Notes under the pieces: generated by a model | What the model was told of the DNA's origin: nothing | The model's input: the letters and a program-made list of their open reading frames with translations, nothing else | The model's database searches: none | Part shown: piece by piece, positions 47,094 through 58,700 of the stretch | Layout: the number at the start of each line of letters is the position of its first letter | Position numbering within the stretch: position 1 is the stretch's first letter | Assembly: GCA_000708835.1 (NCBI GenBank) | Contig: DF237088.1 | Coordinates: 62,001-126,000, forward strand | Length of the DNA: 64,000 bases | Direction of reading: 5' to 3' | From: Klebsormidium nitens | Taxonomy: Eukaryota > Plantae > Klebsormidiophyceae | Program-made: the position numbers and the translations under genes

Positions 47094-50000
47094 TCAGCTT
47101 GAACTCAGGAACTCCACAGCAAGACCGACATCGCCATTCGCTGCCACAAGCGCAGAGCGCACCGCACCCTGCACCAAAATGGAAGGTTGTTTCGATTTTG
47201 CAGCCCCGTGATCAAGGAGCAGCATTCTGACATATTGGAAAATTGGGCATGTGGACAGACGACCAGCCAACGCGTGGAAACCCCTTCTGTTTGACTGCAA
47301 CCTCAAATCTAGAAAGGAGCGACCTCACATGGACCGTACCACCGGGAAAAACCAATTACAGTAGACTCGACTTGAATAACGAAATCTGAAGCTCTTCAAA
47401 CGGCAAGGTACTTGTGAGCGATTCTATTACAAATTGAAGTTAGCCGACAAACGGCAGCTTGGTTGGCGAAACTCCCTACAAACGACGATCCATTCTATAT
47501 CTTGGGCGCACCTTTAGCCATGAGCAAGCAAGAGATTTCAGAGCTTCTCCGAGGTGCAAGGAAAATGCCGCGTCCTTTTCGCCAGTCTCTCTCTCTGTCA
47601 AAGACACTGTTCCAAAATATGGCACAGATCTGGAGCCTTGTTCACAAAGCGAGCACCGCAATGTCACTGTCGCCCAAAGTGGCGTCCAGAAAACTAGAAT
47701 GGGCGCACCTCCTCGAACCCCATGGACACCAGCTGGGCCACGTCCTGAGCGTCCGCTTTCTGCACGCAACATAACAACGCCCTTGTTTTGCTTCGAACGC
47801 CTAGCTTCAAATGACTCGTTGCGAAACGGTCAATCCCACCAGAAGACAAATGTTCGACCAGACTGGCGATTATTAGCTCTGGAAAGTCTGTCCTTCAGCA
47901 GGAGCACGAGTGCGGATCGTGGACGAAACATCGGCGTTGTTATACGTGCGGGAAGATGTTGCTTCATCTACGACGCAGATTTTGCCCTGGCCTTCTGACC
48001 CAGTGCCACTTTCTTTTGGCAGACTCTCAAAGTCCGCGAGTATACAGCAAAAGTGCGCAATATTTAAAAGTGACAGTCTGCTTGCAAGAAAGCCAAAGCT
48101 TTTACCTGCGAAGGTACGGCTCCGTTCGTGTCTGGTCTCCCTGGGCCAGACTGCGCCGGCGATTGCCTGCAAGGATGGATAAAAGCCAGGCTGCATGACG
48201 CGAGAACAAGATGGCCGGAAACTTTTATGAAAGATTCGGCGACTCCCAACCGTGAAACAGAGCATCGGACAGGCAATCCGGAAATGGATGAATGAAAACG
48301 TTTCCCTGAAGCCGCAGCCATAGGAGAAGATGCAAAGTACGAACTAAAAGGATCATCGAACCACAAGAATGAAGGGCCCCCTAAAGAGAGAAGTATACAA
48401 GAGGCGGAGCCTAAAAGAGAGCTTCTGAATCTAAGCGGAAACTTCCTTTTACAATCAACTTTCAAAAACAACCCTTGACACGTCCTTCGCAGCGATCAGG
48501 AGCAGGCTGAGCGGATAACTGGTCGGTCGAAAGTGGTTCCAGAGATGTAACTTCAATCTGCAAAAGTCCTAAATTTTGTAAACTCCGGCAATATGCCACA
48601 GCAAACGCTTAGGCTGACTGTACATGGGTTGTCCTTGAATTACACATTTGAAACCACAACAAAGTAGCCGAAGAATCCAGCCTGAAGAGCAAAGCTCACC
48701 GCCCCCCGTTTCCCCCCGTGTGCCCGCTCCTCGGCGGGCCCCCGTTCGTTGCGCTCTCTCGACGCCCCGGCGGAGGCGCCTGGCCTCGTCCCAGAGTTCC
48801 CCCGGGCAACGGCCCGCCCAACGTTCGACCCCGCCCAGGGAACTGCGTGCTCTGGCGAACGAGAACAGAAAAAAAGAGGCTTCAATGTGAGCTCAGAAGA
48901 AGTGGGATGAAAGCACGCTCCATTTGGTCCTTGCTTGCAAGGAATGCTAATCTCTTGCTTACTCTGAGCTAAACAAAACCGCTTAAGTTTACAAGGCTGT
49001 TATGATCGATGGAACCCTCCTTTACACGTCTCCTTGGAACAACCAAGATCGGAAAGCAGAAAAAGCTTCACGTCAGTCGTCTGCCACTTGTCACGCCTGT
49101 TGAAGCTGAGAATAAACTCCGCCGCACAGCGGGTCTGACGCTCGGTGGTAAGGGCAAAGGCACGGGAGAGAAGTCTCACCCCGTCCGTGCTCGCCGCCTG
49201 CACTGGCGCCCAGCCTTGCATACGCCGCCACATGCCTGACAGCCCACCGCTGAGGCTTCCCCAGGAGCTACCACCGCTGCCAAAGAATGAGACGCATCAA
49301 ACACACGCCGCAATTGTTCCGATTCTCGTGTAACCACCTCCAAGCTGAACGGAGCTTCGACCAGAACCTCGAAAATTTTGGGTGAGGTAACTGGCCGAGA
49401 TGCTAAACTATATACGGCGGGCATACTAAAGATTGGCCGGTCTAAGGTGCATCCGGTTTGTAGTAGATTATCCAATAACCTACCTGCTTTCTGAGTTAGT
49501 GATGGGCAGGGAGCTCCCTGGCCCGCTGCCCCCGACAATAAATTGCGACCGCCGCACCAGCGGTGCCTGTACCCAGACCAACAACAACGGTCAGAACCGA
49601 ATCCTTGTAGCCCCTACGATAAGAGCACTCATGGCTCCTACAACACCTAAAAAATCGGTGATCGTATGACACCTCTCCACTGTCTCGACAACCAGTGAAC
49701 GGAGCGGCAAAGGCGCTGTTTGCAGGCGCCATATTGAGCTTTCATCGTGCGAGAATAACCCTGGTGTTTTTCCGGAGGCCCTCACCAGAACGGAGGAGGA
49801 CTCGATAGTGGAGATGGTGGACGACCCGAGCATCGCCCAGTTCAACCAGCCGTAGCTGACTGTACGTAGTAAGAAAAAGTCAGGATTACGAAGAGCAACG
49901 GTTGGTTGACATAGAACCGGGCTTCAGAGGTCAAGAACGCACTGAACCCCTGTTCTAGGCGAGATGCCCTCAGGCTGGCCTGCTCCCTTTACTTCTTGGA

Positions 50001-52850
50001 TTTTTCGATCACCAGATTGTGCCCTCGTAGTCTTAAAGTTTTGCAGATGCCATGAGCCATCCCCACCAAGCGACCTTCCGCCATCAGAGAGCCGGGCAAA
50101 GGTCCCAAGGCCCTCTTCACTAGACGAATTAAAGAGAGGTTGGAACCCATTAGACGTCAACCTGAAAAAGGGACGAAGCATACATGAAATAGACGATGGA
50201 CTTACAGGCCAGCCCCGAGAGGAGGCCGCTGAGGTGGCCGAGTAGGGAGACGTTGGGCATGAGCACCTGAAAGACCACCAGGAGAGCCCACGGGTACCTG
50301 CAAACCGGGGATGCGTCAAACCGGAACTTTGGGCGCTGGCGGACTGTGGTTAAGACGACGCCAAAGCTCGAAAGACTGGGAGAGACCATACACTCAGTCA
50401 GCTAGCGGATTCTGAGGGCAGCCTGGTAGCCGAGCACTCTGGTGTCCCTTTAGGGGGGGCTTGAAACGGGCTACATCATCATCTCAGATTTCAGCCGGCC
50501 CAACCGGTTCGCTGAACAACGCTTTGGGCAGGCTTTGGAACCGCACTTGAGGAGCAAAGGGTAGTCAGACATTCGTCGTCAGTGCAAGTATGACAATCTT
50601 CGGGCCGCTCGAAGATACATCACGCCGAGACTTCGTGATGATTTCCAAAAGACGGTGGCTTACCATTTTGCTGGCACAGTGAAGAGCCCGAAAATGCTGT
50701 ACAGCAGGAAAACAGCGTCAAAGCGAATGCACTCTTTTGCTGTCTCATGGAAGTCAGATTCGAGGAAATAAAGAGGCGACCATGCCCAGTCGTTCGACGT
50801 GACCAGATGGCCGCAAGGCTTGAACATGAAGTGAACCTGAGGCCCTGCGATAAGAGATAAAATGTGGCCTCACAGCAAGAACGTGATCGCTGAGGCGTTC
50901 CTGAACAGTGGTGACAGATCGTCACTTTTGAGAACAACCACTGCTAGTGATGCTCAAGGCTGTGAACTTCGCTCTTCACATCTTCAAATCCCGCCAGTCC
51001 CCAAGCACCGTCCATAAACTCGTGAACCAACTTACGCTCGCACTGTCAAAAAATTTCTCATCTGTAATCTGCGACTTGGTTGATGGTCCTCACCTCCTGC
51101 TCTGCACCCCGCTCATGTTCGTCTCCACGACAATCATAGCAAACAGAATCCCGGAAAAGCCCACAGAGCACTGATACACGAGGTCCGGGAACTTGATGGC
51201 GGCGGCATATGCCGCCCCCGTGTGGAGTATTGCGTTGGTCACGGCAAACAGGAGGACGGCATATGCATAGCGCACGGAGCCCAGGATGCGCTCGAGGCCC
51301 GCGCCCATCGGGACGAAGGAGAGCATGTTGAAGGCGATGTGAAGGAGGCCGGAGTGGATAAGAATGGAGGAGAAGGGGCGGTAGACTGCAGAAGGGGGGG
51401 GAGAGAAAAGGGTGTGACTGGGCAGATTGGATACGATAGAAATGGGAAAAATGGGTGGACGAGAAGGGGTAATTGGATAAACATGGAGGAAGAGAAAACG
51501 TGTGAGTTTGAGAATTGGGGAAGTGGTTTGAAGGTAACTGGCAATGAACGGCGAGGAGTCACAAATCAGCCTGAGTGGAAAGAACGACATGTCTCTGAAA
51601 AGGAGAGGAGGGGCAGCGGACTTAGGAGATATAAGAAAAAGCAGGGTCGGAAAAAGGAGAAGCAAACCAGGGGAGGAGCGTAGTGCGGGACTGAGGGTAG
51701 AGAATGAAAGGAAGATGATTTTAAAAAGGGGAAACTTGACAGTAGACGTGGGCATAGGGCGTGACTAGAAAGTTGGTGAGGAGATTGGTAGTAGATGACA
51801 AGGAGTTGCAGAGTCAGGGTGATTGGAAAAACTGAGAGGCTTTTAGGACAGCGAAGAAGGGGCAACACACTGCGAATCTGTAATCGAAGGACGAGTGGGA
51901 GAAAGAGAAGCTAACGACATTGTACTGTGAATTGGAGGGGGAAAAGGGGTGATGGGGAGTGAGAGAAGATCGTCCAGGCTTGGGCCGACAAAGAGATGAA
52001 GAAAAGGGAGTAGATGGGCCCTTGCGTGAGTAGCATCTGCTTTGGCATCTCTTTGGTGTTGGACAATCACTGACCACAACAAGGTCTTTCCAACCGACGC
52101 ACATAACTCTGCATGCTTCACACCCCCCCAACAATGTTCTCGGCAACTGAGTCAGGTTCAAGCGACAACTTCCGGCCCTTCAATCAAAAGATCTTCAAAT
52201 CTGGAAACAAGGTTAGCAACACTCTGCACGACCAGGGGGCATAAGTTCCTGAAGCTTCGTACTTGCGGAAGCCTACAACACAAGAAATATACCCATGTGT
52301 CCCCGCCACTTATGTATTTCTGGGCGGCAATTTCGACTTGTCTTTCTTCGTATCCGCGTCAACTGTAGTACTCATAAAGTGAGAGCACGTCGTTTTTAAC
52401 AACTACTGCCAGCTCGTGGGTTGAGTTACCTGGGATTGCTCACCTTCCCACTGCTCCACCACATAGAAAGGCGCCATGCACAGGTCCTTGTAATCATCAA
52501 ACCCAGTAAGAATACCAACCACGTAACTGGCTACGCAAGTGATGAGGATGCAGCAGGTGATGATCGGCTGGGACGAGAGCCATGATGTGACTCGCGTAGT
52601 CAGGCTCGCCTACAAAATCAAAGTGGGGCAAATCCAATCAAGTAGAATAGCACAGTTGAATAATGCACTTTCCAATGGGCGGGGACTCGTTCTTGTCACT
52701 GGAGTCCACAATGTCAAGTGCCTGCAGTGAAGCTTTTCATGTCCGGTGCAGCTTCTCCTAAAGCGTGCACCTTTGCTTGTGGCATCAGCGAAGAAAGAAT
52801 AGGGCCAAGTGTCGAAGGGCACTCACCTCCTGTACCACGTTAGCCGGCAT
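47094..52850 (-). CDS. RBL15: Rhomboid-like protein 15 (RHBDD1-type) with C-terminal UBA domain
   Basis: Starts MPANVVQE|ASLTTRV. Contains LIHSGLLHIAFNM, catalytic VGFSG, SIFGLFTVPAKWYPW, LLGHLSG, FPGRGRTLG and the UBA sequence QLVSMGFEE|GAVRSALVAANGDVGLAVEFL. The Ser and His of the dyad are retained. Confidence 0.93.
51390..52030. repeat. Strand-asymmetric purine-rich (+) / pyrimidine-rich (-) low-complexity tract in RBL15 intron
   Basis: Two counted 60-nt lines are 77% and 83% A+G. The tract fills most of a 1,058-nt intron (51386-52443). Confidence 0.8.
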
Positions 52851-53652
52851 CTTTCTCGGGTTTCAAAGCGACATGAAAGTGTAACAAAAGGCTCAAATTA
52901 TGCAATTCAAAGTTGTTCCCTCAATCTGCTGCTTGCTGGCTTGCTTCCTGTCGTTGAATGCGCATACGCATCCCCCTTCATCCGCTTCAACACTTCAATT
53001 TAGATAGGTACGCCTCAAACTCAAAAGATAGAGTGCCTGCCAGTGCTGGTGCCAGCTGCCCGCGGGTGCATCATGACATTCATGAATGCTTCCTGAACGC
53101 CATCACCCTGCGCTGCGGAACGTTGGTGGTGGGTTACCCATAACAGTGTAGAAACTTATTGACGATGCCCTGCCGTTTGCTTCGTCGCGTCGTGCCGCGA
53201 AATGAGCGGCCGGCCAAGTCGGCAGTTTAGTGAGAGGCAACAGCTCTTGCCGCCTTCTACCGTTTCAGAAAACAGAGCTTTGCCAGTCGGCAAAATTCCG
53301 GTTTGGTTCTGGGGTTAACGTGGGTCGATGCAGACACGGACTTTCGTGCCTGGGGAGAAGCTGCTCACTAGCTTTGCCTCCGGAGATGCTGAACACTCCT
53401 CAATTCAACATGATGCTCTCAGCTTGATTGAAAGCTGATTGCCAGGAATGGGAGCGCCATTGAGCAGCATTTCGATTGGCACGTCGACATTCTCCAGCTG
53501 ACATCTTTGCTTTTTCTCAGCTTTGCAGAGCTACCCTTGACTCACCGCTTCTACTACTAGGATTGCGGGCGAGATCCGTAGAGACCAGAAGAGCCACAGA
53601 TTAATGTGCAGTCAAATATCTTAGGAGGCCAGCCTTTGGTCCGAAACTGCTG

Positions 53653-54327
53653 ATGAAGATGTCAATAGCAGGCTGTTGTACCACCCCTCATGTACATCAC
53701 GTCCCAGTCTTTGAAAATGGGATACTTTTTGTGAAAAACAAATACTGCCACTCTGCACCAGCCTCCTGTAGCCCAACTTTGCGAACACGAGAAAACTGGT
53801 CAGAGGATGGCCGGGTAGCTTTTAGCCTTTGTAATCAGGTAGCGCATGTGGGGATCAGGCAGGCGGGGCACCGGAAATGCAGACGGAGGAGGCCAGCTTT
53901 CCCAGGGGCTCACGAGGGGTACTGCTCTAACCGAAACTACAAGGCCTCCAGGGTCTGTGCTGCGTCCAGGGACCCTGCAAAAGATTTCAGTCTGCGTGAT
54001 GACTTTGACCAGAGCTGGGAAGGGGATAGGGTGGTCACTCCACCAAAGAGCCAGTACGACGCCGCAGCTGAAGAAGTGGTTGAACGGACATGGGATATCT
54101 GGGACCAGCTGCCTTTCGACATCAATCAGCTGCCGTTTGACCTGAAAGGCTTCTTTGATCCATCCCCTGACAACCTGCTGGCTGTTGTGTTCACGAGCAT
54201 TTTGGCTTTCATCCTTTTGCAACTGGCCTGGCAGTTTGTAGTGATCCTTGTGTCGGTGGCGTTCTATTCGATCAAGTACGCAGTTCTGGGGCTCATATTA
54301 GCTGTCATCATAGTTTACACTATCTGA
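53653..54327 (+). CDS. Uncharacterised membrane protein, probably plastid-targeted, with C-terminal hydrophobic helices
   Basis: 224-aa ATG-initiated ORF with a basic/Ser-rich N-terminus, an acidic middle and a hydrophobic tail LLAVVFTSILAFILLQLAWQFVVILVSVAFYSIKYAVLGLILAVIIVYTI*. The start codon is uncertain. Confidence 0.6.
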   Translation: MKMSIAGCCTTPHVHHVPVFENGILFVKNKYCHSAPASCSPTLRTRENWSEDGRVAFSLCNQVAHVGIRQAGHRKCRRRRPAFPGAHEGYCSNRNYKASRVCAASRDPAKDFSLRDDFDQSWEGDRVVTPPKSQYDAAAEEVVERTWDIWDQLPFDINQLPFDLKGFFDPSPDNLLAVVFTSILAFILLQLAWQFVVILVSVAFYSIKYAVLGLILAVIIVYTI

Positions 54328-55785
54328 TTGCTCCTTAAAAGTAGGCAATGAGGGCGGGATGAGAATAAGGTCTTGCTGACCTTTGTGGGTTGTGTCACCC
54401 ACTGCCTTGCAAATTCATACGACAATGATGAAAAGGATGCCCATATTCAGCGGCACTTTCCTGTCCGGTTGTGCTGCCCGTTCACAACTACTCAGTCGTC
54501 CCAGCTTATTCGTCGGAGCTTACCTGAATACGTAGATGAGGATCCTTCTTTCAGCGGTTGAAGTACTTTCATGACTTGATCCTCATGATGTGTTCCAGAA
54601 AACCGAGTCATTTTTGCACACCGTTCGGGATCCTTGACTTTTACGACTGAACCTTCAAAGGAGACTGCTAGCTAAAGAATCACTCACATTGTGCGCCTGT
54701 GTTGTCAGCTCGAATCGTATTCATTGCAGACCAACTTAGACGAATCTAGAGTACGCCGGACGTATGTGGCTGGCAGACTTCTCAATGTAGGATCGCATCA
54801 TTGAGGCAGTGACCATGTTTACTCAAAAGAATTTGTGAATGCACATGAGATACATTCGAGATCTTCTGAAGAACCTTGCACAACTGTAGAACTAGGTATA
54901 TGGAGGTGGTGGCCGTGTATAAAGGCAGATCAGATTCAGCAATGACACCGTGCTAATCGACTTAAGCTTCATTCTGGTTTTACGTCGGGTTAGCATGATC
55001 TGTGCATTAGCTATAGTCAATTATATATGATATAGCTACTTCAGCTGCACATGCGTACCAAGACTCATGCACCATCGTGGCGCGGCGCCGAGCATGCAGC
55101 TATATTATTCAATTTTAGTATGGATTAAGCACGTATATCGTAACTTAAAGCGTTCAAGGCCAACTTTGCGGCTCCATGATTAGTTAAAGTAAACGTCACA
55201 CACTGCATCGGAATAGCTTGTAGTCGCTGCATGAGCGCGGAATCATGGCCGGTCTAGAGTTGCCGCACGTGGCTTGCATTGAAAGCAGATCGCTGCCTAG
55301 ACAGATCTATCCGAACTTGACTTTGTAACGGATGCTTCAAGCGTTCAGTGATTAGCTGAAGCAAGAGAGGCATGCGCAGGTGATGATTCTCTTAAACCAC
55401 CGCGTTTGCACGCCCGACTTTTAACAATTGCATGAACAATGCACATCAGTCCAGAAAATCGAACGTCCCAATGTGCCCTGCAAGTCGTGGCCACAATGAA
55501 ACGACAGCAGCATGCCTCTTCGATCAAAAGTGTGTGCAACGCAACAGTAAAGCACATGGTCCTCTTGTATGGTTTCAAGGACTTGATGTCGGCTTGCACT
55601 CCAAACTGCTAAGTCAAGTGGCCACTTGATACCTCTTACTACTGCAAACAACTTGCCTTTCCAACCTCGCAACCAAAGGCCAAAAGCCCCAGCCGTACCT
55701 TTGTGATTGCACAACTTCCGATTACCTCGCAACACGCATCTGTGCACAACCCGAACTTCGCTTCCCCACGGATGCTGCAACACCA

Positions 55786-58700
55786 CTAGGTGTTCTTCTC
55801 CAACAGTGCCAAGGCGGGGGTCAAGTAGTTGTTGGACTTGTCCGGAAGGTGAGCCACCTGCAGGCGGAGTTCGGGAGAAACTTAGAACACACACAGAACT
55901 TGGCACCGGTAGGCCCAGAATGCGCTCGTCAGTACGTAGTCGTCTCTAAGCTCCATCCAGAAGGTTGCCTCGGCGAGTGAGTTCTCCCAGGAGGCTGATG
56001 AGCAGTATTGTCACAAGAACAGAACGGCTCTCTAACTGCGAACTCACAAAACCCGTCAGCCGTACCATCGCAACCTGAACTTGCGATCTCGCCCGTCAGC
56101 TTCCAAAATTACCCGCTGCAGGGGAACGCGTTTAAGCTTTCAACACGAGTACCGAGTCCCGCTGCCACCCGGATAGAGTTAACCCTGAAAGCCGACCGAC
56201 TTTCAGAAAAAGACGTGATGCCCGACTCAGCCCTGCTATTGTCCGTTCTGACGTTTTCTCCTCAAGACACCGATTGGCAAGATTCAGAACCGTAGGAGGA
56301 ACCCCGGCGGCCTGTGCTTACCAGCTCGTAGAGGCCCTGCCCTTGCTCCGAGGTGTACTCGTAGCAGACCTGCGCACACGTCATACACAAAATCAGTGGC
56401 CACGCAAAGATTGGGGTCTCCCGTGTCCGAATTGTTCTTCTTGTCAATGAACAAGCAGGACAACCGCTGAGGATCCAGTTCAACTTTGATATGGAGCGGT
56501 TTGATGGGGATTAAGATGGGGATTAAGATGGGGATTAAGCTAGGCAGAGTACGAGACAGGTTCATTTTCAGACGCCTATAATGCCCAGCCTAAGATGCAA
56601 AATATACGAAAGAGGCCATTGCAAGCTGTGGGTGAGGGTCGGTTTCCTTCTTCGCCGGGTTTGCCGAGGCGTGAGAAGCGAGGCTGGTGTTGGAGGTAAA
56701 GCCGCTCACCTCGAAACTCTTGTTTCTGGCGGTACCGTCGTGAAGGGCCTTGACGCACACGTCGGCCACGTCAGCGCAGCTGATGCTCTGCACAGCCAAC
56801 CCAGTTGCAAGTAAGATGCGAGGTCTAAAACCCTTTACAAATTATGATCCAAAAACTGCCGGCCACGTCCAGAGTCTGAGGCAAACGTAGAGAGCCGTCA
56901 CAGTTCTGGCAATGCTGCTCCCGATCAGCCAATGTTGACTGTGGGGACCAAAGCTCTAACGCAACTCAGTTCTGGAATAGTTTGAAACGGCAGCTGGCGA
57001 GCGTCTTACCTGCGTTATCCTGTTCCCCTGGTCGAAAACGAGGGCGCGAGAACCCCCCGGCTCCTCCTGCAATCAGTTTTAGTCAGACTCGGGATCAGAG
57101 TCCGTTGGAGAAGCCAATCGTAGCTTTGAGTCATCGATGATTCCGTCAGTTCTTGTACTGGTGGCTTTTTCCTCACAACCATTGGCAGGGCGTAGGTTTG
57201 AGAGTTACAATTTGATTGCGACTTAGGCAAGCTCGCAGAGTGAGCCGCTATCAACTTTGCCGCAGCGGCGGAACAACGAATCCAGTGCTGGTCAATGTCG
57301 AACGTGGTATCGCAAGGGGCTTTCCCAAGAGGAAGCTCAAACCAGCTAGCAATGAGGCTGTGCCAGAAACAGAGCAGAATTTTAGCCCAACTCACCAGTA
57401 GGGGGCCCGGCCGCACGATAGTGTACCCGAGGCCCGAGTTCCGAAGGCTCTGCTCCCCAGCCTGCAGAACAAAAGCAGAGAAGCCCGCTCAGGCAACGAG
57501 GCAATAACCGGGAACAGCACTTTCGATCGGTATGCTTATGAGTGGCAACCAGGGTTCACCCGATCATTCGAAGGCGTTCATGCTCTCAAGACCAAGAACC
57601 AGCTTTGATACACATCGGACGGCCGTTTGACTTGGCAGACAAAACGTTCAAAGGTGGGACAGCTTGGGCTCAGGGAGGGCGTGGGTGCTGAGCGCTTCAA
57701 CTCTTGTTTCAGGTTTTGGTACTTGTGACGGGGCACTCTGGTTGTTTACTGGAATGGCTCCTATGAGAGTTGCGAGTTTGTCAAGCTATGTTCGCCATCA
57801 ATAGCACTGCGTGGGAATGCCCAGCTTTTAGCAAAATCCTGCAGCCAAACGCCCGGTTGCGTGGCAGACATTGACAAGCCGCGCGCACAGGCAATCAGGC
57901 ACGTAAGTGCAAGTCAAGGTCTGGCGCGTTTTCAATGCGCTCCAGGAAACTTACGAGCTTCGCCCTGAGTACTTTCTCCCGGTCCTCTTCCTCCACTCCT
58001 GCGCCTGTGCACGACACCAAGATGAAATCTGGCTCCTCCCCAGCCTGCGGCAGACAAAGATTGTGAGTCGGAAGCGGGCAGGTCTGAAACATTGTCAAAG
58101 CAAGCCGAAGACTTGCACTGTCATTTAAGCTCACGCACTGCTTGTGTTATACATGCTACCTGTTACTAGATTCTCGGCCAAGCGAAAGTCGGCCTTCGCA
58201 AGGAACGCTGCTCGGAGATGAAGCGAAATGTGCCAAGCAACCTCCTTCTCTCAAATTCTTTACCACGACCAGCAGCCCCCAGCGTTTACTGCGCAACTGG
58301 GATTCGCACGCTTCCTCTATCCTCAAGGCAGCGAATGTTTCGGCGGCTTCTCGTTCTCTACCGCACCCCTTAACGGCGACTTCCAACGAAGATTCCAAGC
58401 GTGCGCTCACCGGCAGTGCTTTGATGAAGTCCACCTCGAGCTTGAACCGGTTGCTCCCGAGATCCGTCTCCGTTGCGCCTGGCACAAACTCCGGGCCCTC
58501 GCTGCTCGTGTCGATCTCCGCAATCGCCTGCATGGGGTCTACCCGCCCCGCCATGACCTTCTTCTTCTTCTGAGCAGGCGCGCCAGCCAACATCATAGGG
58601 GCCCTCTGCAGGAGATAACGAGCGTCCTGGTCGGTTGAGCGACTGAAGCGGTTCCTCAAACCAACGGAATGCAATCTTCAGTCGTTTATAAGTTTCGTTT

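Noticed and set aside
51090-51755. 221-aa minus ORF and overlapping plus ORFs
   Set aside because: Only 51385-~51094 is rhomboid exon; the rest is read-through of the low-complexity intron.
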